Positions 39,428 to 47,622 of a DNA stretch of 64,000 nucleotides are shown here, in pieces (position 1 is the first letter of the stretch; each line of letters starts with the position of its first letter). The position numbers and the translations under genes were made by a program. This DNA is from a virus. The notes below the pieces were generated by a model. It was not told the DNA's origin, made no database searches, and saw only the letters and a program-made list of their open reading frames with translations. The stretch lies in IMG/VR virus record IMGVR_UViG_3300014059_000004. One strand, given 5' to 3'.

Positions 39428-40636
39428 TTGGTGAGAGAACTGCGGGAAGATGTAAAGCGAGAGATTGCTGATGCTCGTGCTGTGCTACGTGCTGTAATGT
39501 GTTTGCCAGATGCTTCGCTAGTTCGCAGCAAAGACAGCATCAGCATCTTGACAGAAGAGCAGGCAACTTTCAAGCTCATAGAAGCTTCAGGATTCAAGAA
39601 GAACTACGTTCTTCAGCTAGCACTTACTCATGCAGCCGCAGCCGAGGTGCTAGCCCCTGGGAGCTTCAACGAGACACTCTCGTTGATCACGATTAAACTA
39701 GAGAAATTCAGTAAAGGGAATCACAAGTTTAATTTTGAAGATTATTCTCGTGTCAATTCGAGACTAGCGACTGCTGACGATCTGCACCGTGTAGTGCATA
39801 GCATCGATGAGACGTACTTGCGAGACGTGCTGAACACAGCGCTGGAGCTCGCTGGTTACGGTGGTAAAATCTCAGTTGAGAAGTCTTCGTCAGCGTCTTC
39901 ATCTGTGGAAGTGACTCGAGGTTACAACTTCCAGATCGCTCCATGTTGGGATCTTACGATGATCGCAACAACACCTAAAGTCGCAATCATAGATGGGTAC
40001 GTTGAGAAAGTTTCTGAACTACATCACTTGCTTGAAGCTGCATCTGCCTCAAAAGAACCACTGGTCATCTTCGGTCGTGGTTATCATGATGACGTCATCA
40101 ACACGTTGAGAGTTAATTTCACTCGTGGAACGCTGATCGCTGTGCCAATATTGGTCAATTTTGATCTTGATGGTATCAACACGTTGAATGACATAGCAGT
40201 CGTCTGTGGTTCTGACGTTGTGTCTAGCAACAAGGGCGATCTGATATCTTCGATTGATTATGTTGGATTGAAGAGAGTGGATCGCGTGACAATCCGTCGT
40301 GATGTTGTAAGCATTGATAACGCTTCGACGAGACGTGAAGTCAACATCCATCGATCAAATTTGCTGAAGAAACGTGCTGAGAGCCCTGCATTTGACGTAA
40401 GCAAGCTCATAGACAAGCGCATCCGTTCCCTGAATGGGCGTCAGGTCATCGTTCGCCTGCCTGATGACAAGCATTACTTGTACCGGTCTAGGAAGATTGA
40501 TGTTGCTTTGAGAACTATGAAGATCATAGTTGATCATGGCATAATCGATGGTGAACCAGCGCTAGGTAAGGTAGCATCAGAGCATCACTCTGATCAGTTT
40601 GTCATGACGCTAGCTAACGTCGGTAACTTTATCTGA
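39428..40636 (+). CDS. Truncated, divergent GroEL/Cpn60-like chaperonin (apical and intermediate domains recognisable; no GDGTTT motif; ends near the GroEL ~430 equivalent)
   Basis: Alignment to GroEL: TRGYNF / [41 protein letters not shown] / [51 protein letters not shown] / [59 protein letters not shown] / [46 protein letters not shown]/GTG start. Confidence 0.6.
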   Translation: [402 protein letters not shown]

Positions 40637-41586
40637 CCGTCATCAGACAGTTGCTTGATGATTCTTGCTATGTCTCTGGGCTTGATGCCCTTCAGAGATG
40701 GAGCTTTGCTGTACTTTTGAACTAGATCCTTCAACTTCCCAGTTTCAACTGGGGCTGCTCCCGGAGCTTCGGCTCCGGACTTAGTCGTTGAACCGCTAGT
40801 TGCTGGTTCTGAAGACGTTGGTTGATCGCCACCTTGCGATGGAGCTGTTGTGTTTGTTGATTGTTGTGCAGCACCAGCTGCAGCATCGCTTACAGCATCC
40901 ACGTTTTGGAGTGCTTTGATCACGCTGTTCGTGATGACTTCGACGTCTTTGACAGACATCTTGATGATGCTGCTCGCCAAAGATTTCAAGCCTTGGCTGC
41001 CGTGCATGTACTTGTCGACCCAATTTTTACCGATCATTGCGATAGCACCGGTTGGTTTGAAACCTTTGATGATAACCTTCTGCAGATCATCAAGTTTTTT
41101 CTTTTCATCATTGCTCAACGAGTTAACGTCAGAAGCTTGTGAGTTTCCAGTGATGACTGCTAGCAGCGTAGCATTGTTATCGTTTCCAGTATTTAGAGCA
41201 TCGACGTACTTGTTGAACAAGTCGAAGAAATTTTTAAGAGCATCAGCAAATGCTAGCGCATCTACGAGTGGATTTTCTTTCTGCGTCTTAAACAAGTTGA
41301 TGATCGTACGAATTACGCCTGTATTCTTACCACCAGAAAGAACTTTGGTGACGTCAGCAACGGCAGCATCTCTAGCCTTAGAGAGTATGTCCATTGAGGC
41401 GAAGTTGATCGATTTCAAGCGCTTAACAACGTCGATCGCCGCTGTCATCTGCTGCTTGTCAAAAGCTTCGAGGATGAGCAAGTCAGCGCTGTCCCAACGT
41501 GATTCAATGAGAGCAGCTTTCTTCTTGACGATCAACTTCTGTTTCTCTGCGTAATTGTCTTTCAGCGTTCTTTGGATTTGGCTCAT
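40594..41586 (-). CDS. Hypothetical protein with Ala/Ser/Thr-rich linker, antisense inside the plus-strand block
   Basis: The track ORF starts at 41745. Its first ~53 aa look non-coding, so the likely start is MSQIQRTLKD at 41586. Confidence 0.4.
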   Translation of the reverse strand: MSQIQRTLKDNYAEKQKLIVKKKAALIESRWDSADLLILEAFDKQQMTAAIDVVKRLKSINFASMDILSKARDAAVADVTKVLSGGKNTGVIRTIINLFKTQKENPLVDALAFADALKNFFDLFNKYVDALNTGNDNNATLLAVITGNSQASDVNSLSNDEKKKLDDLQKVIIKGFKPTGAIAMIGKNWVDKYMHGSQGLKSLASSIIKMSVKDVEVITNSVIKALQNVDAVSDAAAGAAQQSTNTTAPSQGGDQPTSSEPATSGSTTKSGAEAPGAAPVETGKLKDLVQKYSKAPSLKGIKPRDIARIIKQLSDDGQIKLPTLASVMTN

Positions 41587-41637
41587 GTTGTTTACTCTGC
41601 GTAAATAGGTGATTACATTCTCAATATAGGATAGGAT

Positions 41638-41910
41638 TTGAACATGACACCAAAAGACAAGATTAACAAGGCGGCCTGGAATTCCTTTCAAGCAGCAAAA
41701 GACGAAGCCGTTCGAACGTTGACAGAGGCAATTGTTAGCAAGCAACTTAAAGTTGAGAGTTCTTCAGTTGATTCTCTATTTTCATTGATGACTGCCGCGT
41801 TCGATGCCGGCTACCAAAAGAGCTCAAGGTCATTTGAGAGAGAAATCAACTCTGTTCTGTCTGAGAGTTCGGTTACGCATGCGCAAGAACCGAAGACGAA
41901 AAAAAAGTGA
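41638..41910 (+). CDS. Small protein (90 aa) with faint resemblance to the GroEL C-terminal equatorial segment
   Basis: DAGYQKSSRSFEREINSV loosely recalls the GroEL segment [21 protein letters not shown]. Very weak. Confidence 0.35.
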   Translation: MNMTPKDKINKAAWNSFQAAKDEAVRTLTEAIVSKQLKVESSSVDSLFSLMTAAFDAGYQKSSRSFEREINSVLSESSVTHAQEPKTKKK

Positions 41911-41959
41911 TTCATAGCATCATTGATTGGTTTTCTAGCGTTACCGTCCGGATCATCTG

Positions 41960-42427
41960 ATGCCAACAGGTACAAAACATCTTGTTAAGTGCAGGTGCAT
42001 TCTACCGCAGTTTAAGCACCTGCAGAATCCACCACAACACCAATTTACAGTGTTTTCTGTCATCGAAGATGATGACAGCGTTAAACCTAGCTTTGCGCAA
42101 TGCAATAACTGCGGAATAGTTCACAAGATTGTTGACATCGGTCGATCAGAGATAATCTCAGGAAAAGAATCAATGTCATCATTGATCACGATTGATGACT
42201 TGAAACACTCACTACCAGAGAACCTGGTGGCATTGCTAGAAAAGAATTCAGCAGATTTGCCAACCTGGCAATATGCTTCATTCATAATCGAGAATAAGAT
42301 GTGGGGGAACTTTGTTGTCGTGTCTTCTGAACTAGAATCTGATGTGATGATCATCAAGTACGTTCAGATTCTTGGTGAAAACCTTTTTAAGGTTCAGACT
42401 GCTTCTAGAGAAGAGTACATTAAGTGA
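41960..42427 (+). CDS. Cys4 zinc-binding hypothetical protein (155 aa)
   Basis: CRC...(35 aa)...CNNC. Confidence 0.45.
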   Translation: MPTGTKHLVKCRCILPQFKHLQNPPQHQFTVFSVIEDDDSVKPSFAQCNNCGIVHKIVDIGRSEIISGKESMSSLITIDDLKHSLPENLVALLEKNSADLPTWQYASFIIENKMWGNFVVVSSELESDVMIIKYVQILGENLFKVQTASREEYIK

Positions 42428-42433
42428 GGTCCT

Positions 42434-42721
42434 ATGCATTACGGTAAGTTGGCATCTGATGTGCTTGCAGAAGAGAACAAAGTAGCAAGAGACATCGTTA
42501 GAGAAATTGCTCAATTTGGTATCAACGAAAGGCAGAAGATTCTAGTCATGTACTTGCTGTCTCTTGAACTAGAGAACGTAAATGACATGAAGAAATTCTC
42601 TTCGTTCATCAAGAGTGAGAAGTCTGACATCTTTATTGCACCAGAAGAGGCTGAATTATGGGTCGACCTACTAACATTGCTAGCTCAAAGAATGATTCGT
42701 CCGATGATTCGCAGCAAGTGA
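42434..42721 (+). CDS. Small hypothetical protein (95 aa)
   Basis: ORF overlapping the ClpP-like start by 64 nt. Confidence 0.35.
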   Translation: MHYGKLASDVLAEENKVARDIVREIAQFGINERQKILVMYLLSLELENVNDMKKFSSFIKSEKSDIFIAPEEAELWVDLLTLLAQRMIRPMIRSK

Positions 42722-43320
42722 TCATACAGCAACCTTCAGATGGTGCTAGGATCGTGATTCTTCATGGCGACGTGAATGAGCACACTATTTCAACTGTCAT
42801 CTATCAACTGCTGCAATTGGCAAATCAGAATCATAAGCCAATTCATCTTGTGATATCAACGTACGGTGGTTCAGTTGATGAGATGTTTAGTCTGTACGAT
42901 ACTATCAAATTCTTGCCATGTCCAGTTCACACCGTAGCGCTCGGCAAGGTGATGAGCGCGGGAGTTCTTCTGCTAGCTGCTGGAACAAAGGGTAAGAGAA
43001 TGGTCGGGCGCTCGGCTAGGATCATGATACACTCTGTATCTGGCGGTGTATTTGGAAATGTTTTTGAGGCAATGAATGAGAACAAAGAGTTGCAGAGATT
43101 GCAACACTTGATGACAACTACGCTTCAAAAAGAAACCAAGATGTCAGCAAAAGACATCGAGAAGATGATGAAAGCTGGTCATGATTACTACATGACGCCA
43201 GAAGATGCAGTGAAGGCTGGTATTGTTGACAAGATAATCGGCGACAAGACATTACGTTGTACCACGCCTCAAAATGTCCTTAGTATTGTGTCAAAGACTG
43301 TGTCTTTGAGAACAAGATGA
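42658..43320 (+). CDS. ClpP-family serine protease
   Basis: Catalytic-triad context: GKVMSAGVLLLAAG (Ser), RIMIHSVSGG (His), HDYYMTPEDAVKAGIVDKII (Asp region). Confidence 0.7.
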   Translation: MGRPTNIASSKNDSSDDSQQVIIQQPSDGARIVILHGDVNEHTISTVIYQLLQLANQNHKPIHLVISTYGGSVDEMFSLYDTIKFLPCPVHTVALGKVMSAGVLLLAAGTKGKRMVGRSARIMIHSVSGGVFGNVFEAMNENKELQRLQHLMTTTLQKETKMSAKDIEKMMKAGHDYYMTPEDAVKAGIVDKIIGDKTLRCTTPQNVLSIVSKTVSLRTR

Positions 43321-44990
43321 AAAACATTACTATCGATGACTGGAAATCGTACTTTCCATACGATCGGATCAGACCAGAGCAAGAGAAAGCTATCAATTTT
43401 GTTCTGAACGCTTTTCTTGTGGATAAAAAAAGATATTGCCTATGCGAGATGGGAACAGGAACTGGTAAGTCAGCTACTGCTGTTACGATCGCTAGGTACT
43501 TGGAGAAGAACGGACCTAAGGTTCTTGACGATGACAACGTTCCATTGTCATCAGCCTATGTTTTGACGACTCAGAAGATCCTTCAACAGCAGTACGTTGA
43601 TGATTTTGGTGCTGGTGTCGGGAAGCACCGGAACTTGTTGCTAAGCATAAAGTCTGCAAACAATTACACTTGTGGGCATTACAAGGATCAGAGTTGCGCA
43701 GAGTCAAGAAGAATCTTGACCCAGCTTGGAAGCAACGTCCATGGCACTGAATTTCACAAGCATTGTCGCGGTGGTTCTTGTCCGTACGCTATCGAGAAGC
43801 AAGCGTTCCTTGAATCACCCATCAGCGTCACTAATTTTTCATACTTCCTTGCTGAGACGATGTACGGCAAGAAGCTTACACCAAGATCACTGCTCATCAT
43901 TGATGAGTGTCATAACACTGAGCAACAATTGTGCAAATTCGTTGAAATAACATTCTCTGAAAAATTTGCAAGAGAGATCTTGAAGTGCAAAGTCCCAGCG
44001 TTGGGAACTCAACAGCAGATCTTTGAATGGATAGTGAAGAGTTATGAGCCAGCGCTTTCAAAACACGTCAAGAAAGTAGAGAAGACGTTGAAAGAAAAGT
44101 TTGATGAAAATTCTGCTGGGTTTGGTGATCTTAGCAAGCAGTACGAAATGCTTGATAAGCATATCTGCAAAGTTCATCGTTTTGTTTCTACATACAGCGA
44201 AAGCAACTGGATCATCAACACAATTAAACCTCCTCCGGGATCGAAGAGGGGTGCCAGAAAGTTTGAATTCAAGGCAGTCGATGTATCCGAGTACAGCTAT
44301 GACTCGCTGTTCAAGTACGGTGGTCGTACGTTGATGTTGTCTGCGACTGTCATCGACAAGAACGTATTCTGCGATTCGATAGGTTTGAATCCAAACGATG
44401 TGGCGTTCATATCAATCCAGTCGCCATTTCCAATCGAGAATAGACCAGTTCACTACATTCCAGCTGGATCGATGTCGAAGAGTTCGATCGATGTTTCGTT
44501 GCCACATGCAGTTGAGGCAGTCAAGATGCTTCTACAGCAGCATCCCAACGATAAAGGCATGATCCATGCCGTGTCGTTCAAGATTGCGCAGTTCATTAAA
44601 GAGAACGTAAAATCTGATAGGATTCTCATTCACGATTCATCGAACAGAGAAGCTGTCTTGGCCCAGCATATTGCGTCTCCATTGCCAACTGTTCTTATAT
44701 CGCCCTCTATGATGGAAGGCGTCGACTTGGCTGACGATGCTAGCAGGTTTCAGATTCTTTGCAAAGTTCCATTTCCTTACTTGGGAGATGAAGTTGTCAA
44801 GAAGAGGATGGCAAGGAACAAGAGCTGGTACGCATATCAAACAGTGAAGTCTATCATTCAGTCTCTTGGTAGATCTGTGAGGAATGAAACTGATCATGCA
44901 GTTTCATACATAATCGATTCTGATTGGGAGAGGTTTTACAAGAACAACAAGCACATGTTCCCACCAGAGTTTGAAAAAACACTTTCTTAG
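43317..44990 (+). CDS. Rad3/XPD/DinG-family Fe-S cluster SF2 DNA helicase
   Basis: Walker A CEMGTGTGKSATAV. Four Cys between motifs I and II (CGHYKDQSC...HKHCRGGSC). DEAH-type IIDECHN. Confidence 0.7.
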   Translation: MKNITIDDWKSYFPYDRIRPEQEKAINFVLNAFLVDKKRYCLCEMGTGTGKSATAVTIARYLEKNGPKVLDDDNVPLSSAYVLTTQKILQQQYVDDFGAGVGKHRNLLLSIKSANNYTCGHYKDQSCAESRRILTQLGSNVHGTEFHKHCRGGSCPYAIEKQAFLESPISVTNFSYFLAETMYGKKLTPRSLLIIDECHNTEQQLCKFVEITFSEKFAREILKCKVPALGTQQQIFEWIVKSYEPALSKHVKKVEKTLKEKFDENSAGFGDLSKQYEMLDKHICKVHRFVSTYSESNWIINTIKPPPGSKRGARKFEFKAVDVSEYSYDSLFKYGGRTLMLSATVIDKNVFCDSIGLNPNDVAFISIQSPFPIENRPVHYIPAGSMSKSSIDVSLPHAVEAVKMLLQQHPNDKGMIHAVSFKIAQFIKENVKSDRILIHDSSNREAVLAQHIASPLPTVLISPSMMEGVDLADDASRFQILCKVPFPYLGDEVVKKRMARNKSWYAYQTVKSIIQSLGRSVRNETDHAVSYIIDSDWERFYKNNKHMFPPEFEKTLS

Positions 44991-45050
44991 CAGCTATTTC
45001 CTTTACTACTGCTAGCGGAAAGGTATATTTCACACAAGGAGATATCGATT

Positions 45051-45332
45051 ATGGAAGATATGTTGAAGAAGTTTGATGAACTACGTGTTGCTCTTAGTGA
45101 AGTTGAGCCAGACCTTGTGAAGAGCACCCGTGGCGTTGCTGCCGCCGGTCCTCGTGTTCGCAAGGGGCTGAAGGTTGTTAAAGCTCTTGCGCACGAACTT
45201 CGGGTTCTTAGCATCACCCTTGACAAGGCTCGTCGTGAAGAGAAGCTGAAGCATGCTGCGGCAAATCCTAAGCCAAAGAGGCCATCTCCCTTCAAGAAGA
45301 AGGCTTCCTTAGAAAACATCGCAGTCAAGTAA
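45051..45332 (+). CDS. Lysine-rich basic protein, possibly histone-H1-like DNA-binding
   Basis: 93 aa, SD AAGGAG 8 nt upstream. Tail KPKRPSPFKKKAS. Confidence 0.5.
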   Translation: MEDMLKKFDELRVALSEVEPDLVKSTRGVAAAGPRVRKGLKVVKALAHELRVLSITLDKARREEKLKHAAANPKPKRPSPFKKKASLENIAVK

Positions 45333-45338
45333 ATCAGA

Positions 45339-45366
45339 ATGCCCCGCCAACGCGGGGCATTCTTTT
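45339..45366 (+). terminator. Rho-independent terminator
   Basis: atgccccgc-caac-gcggggcat followed by tcttttttct. Confidence 0.8.
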
Positions 45367-45401
45367 TTCTGCAGTTGCTATTTACCTACGTCGGAGAACA
45401 C

Positions 45402-45929
45402 ATGCCATCACATAGATCAATACTTGCAGACATCAACAAGTTCAACCTAGATCCATCAAAAGCGTACAGAGTAACTCACGCTGACGGACGTCTAGCTAAG
45501 TCTGCAACTGAAGGTTCAGTTTCAACATCAACAGAACCAGCTAAGCCAGTTTTTGAACCTGTCATAACAACTGAAACCTCGCCAGTTGAAGAAGCATCAC
45601 CTGTCGCAACGGCGGTTGAAGAGCAAGTTGTTGAAGTTGCTCAGCAAGCTGAAGTAGAAATGCCAGCAGAAGAATTTAAGCTGGAAGAACTACAAGCAGA
45701 TGTTCAGCCTGCTGATGTTCAAGCATCTGAGCCAGTTGAAATTAAAGATCCTGAGCCCAAGAAGGAAACTGCAACAGTTGAAACGTCAAAGAAGAAATTT
45801 GGAAAGAAGTCGCTAAACGGCTTATGTTACGAATCTTCTCGTAGATGCTTTTTTCGATCTGACAGATTCTCATCCTTGTTAGGTTGTAGATCTTTCCGAT
45901 CTCTTGCAATGTATGCGGTCCATTACTAG
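45402..45929 (+). CDS. Acidic E/P/A/V-rich low-complexity protein
   Basis: ATG with SD GGAGA upstream. The track ORF starting at 45339 would overlap the terminator. The 3' ~100 nt conflicts with the antisense gene 45742..46071. Confidence 0.45.
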   Translation: MPSHRSILADINKFNLDPSKAYRVTHADGRLAKSATEGSVSTSTEPAKPVFEPVITTETSPVEEASPVATAVEEQVVEVAQQAEVEMPAEEFKLEELQADVQPADVQASEPVEIKDPEPKKETATVETSKKKFGKKSLNGLCYESSRRCFFRSDRFSSLLGCRSFRSLAMYAVHY

Positions 45930-46071
45930 CAGCTATCATAACGCAATTATTCCCATCAGTGTAAGGAATCCAATTTGGACATGTCCTTCGTTGGCAGTTG
46001 ACATTGTGTTTTTCATGAACGCTGTAGCATGTCGTCTGCACTACGTTAAGGCGTCTTTTTCTTTCTTGCAT
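45742..46071 (-). CDS. Small Cys-rich protein carrying a sigma-70 region-4.2-like helix-turn-helix
   Basis: PHTLQEIGKIYNLTRMRICQIEKSIYEKIRN versus E. coli sigma70 [31 protein letters not shown] (~19/30 identical). N-terminal C-x10-C-x4-C-x11-C. Confidence 0.5.
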   Translation of the reverse strand: MQERKRRLNVVQTTCYSVHEKHNVNCQRRTCPNWIPYTDGNNCVMIAASNGPHTLQEIGKIYNLTRMRICQIEKSIYEKIRNISRLATSFQISSLTFQLLQFPSWAQDL

Positions 46072-46185
46072 CTGTATTACAATAGCTCCTGTGGTATACA
46101 GTAACGCTAGAAGGCATTCTTGTACAAAAGCGTTTCAGAAGCCAAATGCTGCTGAACAGATCACGTATATGGAGAATAAAAACTA

Positions 46186-47616
46186 GTGAAAAAAACGTAC
46201 GTTCTTGACACAAATGTGTTGCTAAGTGATCCCAACTCATTTATGTCATTTGAAGATAATGATGTGATCATTCCGATGATCGTTCTGGAAGAGCTAGACA
46301 GGCACAAGAGCCGACAAGATGAAGTGGGTCAGAATGCAAGATCAGTAAGCAGAGCGCTAGATGATCTTAGAAAGAATGACAGCAACCTGTATGCTGGCGT
46401 GCAGCTCAAGAGCGGTGGGTTGCTAAAGGTTGCAACAATTCCAACCACAGATTCAATCGTTCTACCTCTAGAGCTTCAAGCTGAGAGCAAAGTTGACAAT
46501 CTCATCATTGCCTTCATGCTAAAAACACCAGGTGCTATCTTGGTGTCAAAGGATATCAATGTACGTTTGAAGTGCGACGCACTGCAAGTAAAGTGTGAAG
46601 ATTACTTGAAGATGAGGGTTGCAAGTGATCCAAAGAAATTCTATCGTGGCGTAGAGGTTGTTCAGGTAACTGAAGAGTTGATCGATCAGTTCTACGTTGA
46701 TGGATCGCTTAGTCTAGATGCAGTGAAGACAATTGACAACAAGTCGATTTCTGCACAGCCAAATCAGATCATCATCTTGAAGAACGAAGAGAATGGTACG
46801 ACTGTCAAGTCTGCTATCACGAAGTGTGTCACTTCTTCTGGCTCTTCATCATTGCTTCCGACGCTAAAGATCGATCATGCTTTCAATTTGAAGCCGCGCA
46901 ACAAAGAACAAGCATTTTCACTTGACCTATTGTTTGATGAGAACATCAAACTTCTGACGCTATCAGGACCTGCTGGTTGTGGAAAAACGCTTCTTGCAAT
47001 TGCAGCAGCTTTGGAACAATTGAAAGGCCTAGGCAACAAACCTCGATATGATAAGCTAATCGTGTCACGACCGGTTCAGCCTATGGGTCGAGATATTGGT
47101 TTTCTACCTGGTACTCTTGAAGAGAAGATGGAACCATGGATTGCTCCGATTCGAGATAACATCAATTACCTCGTAGGAATCCAGAAATCGCAATCTGGCA
47201 GAAGAAGTGCTTCTGGCGAATCGAAGAAGGGGTTCAACGAGTATTATCTGCAGCTGATGCAAGAAAAGGGTCTGATAGAAATTGAAGCCCTGACGTACAT
47301 CAGAGGTCGTTCGATTCCAAATTCATTCATCATTCTAGATGAAGCTCAGAATTTGTCTATGCACGAGTTGAAGACAATCATCACAAGAGTCGGTGACAAC
47401 ACTAAGATTGTTCTAACGGGTGACATTGATCAGATTGACAACACGCACGTGGATGTGTACACGAATGGTCTGACTTACGCTATTGAAAAGTTCAAAAGTC
47501 ATCCAATTGCAGGTCACATAACTCTCCAGAAAGGTGAGCGTTCACCTCTCGCGACCATCGCCAGCCAGATCCTCTTAGAGTATTCTGGCGGTCGGACGCT
47601 GCTGATGTATAATTGA
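46186..47616 (+). CDS. phoH: PIN-domain + PhoH-like ATPase (PhoH2/YlaK architecture)
   Basis: N-terminal VLDTNVLLSDP...IPMIVLEELD (PIN). LSGPAGCGKTLLAIAAAL (Walker A). FIILDEAQNL (Walker B). GTG start with GGAG SD. Confidence 0.75.
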   Translation: MKKTYVLDTNVLLSDPNSFMSFEDNDVIIPMIVLEELDRHKSRQDEVGQNARSVSRALDDLRKNDSNLYAGVQLKSGGLLKVATIPTTDSIVLPLELQAESKVDNLIIAFMLKTPGAILVSKDINVRLKCDALQVKCEDYLKMRVASDPKKFYRGVEVVQVTEELIDQFYVDGSLSLDAVKTIDNKSISAQPNQIIILKNEENGTTVKSAITKCVTSSGSSSLLPTLKIDHAFNLKPRNKEQAFSLDLLFDENIKLLTLSGPAGCGKTLLAIAAALEQLKGLGNKPRYDKLIVSRPVQPMGRDIGFLPGTLEEKMEPWIAPIRDNINYLVGIQKSQSGRRSASGESKKGFNEYYLQLMQEKGLIEIEALTYIRGRSIPNSFIILDEAQNLSMHELKTIITRVGDNTKIVLTGDIDQIDNTHVDVYTNGLTYAIEKFKSHPIAGHITLQKGERSPLATIASQILLEYSGGRTLLMYN

Positions 47617-47622
47617 AGATAC

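Noticed and set aside
45339-45401. Track start (45339) for the acidic protein ORF
   Set aside because: It would translate through the terminator hairpin. The ATG at 45402 has a proper SD (GGAGA), so the shorter gene model is preferred.
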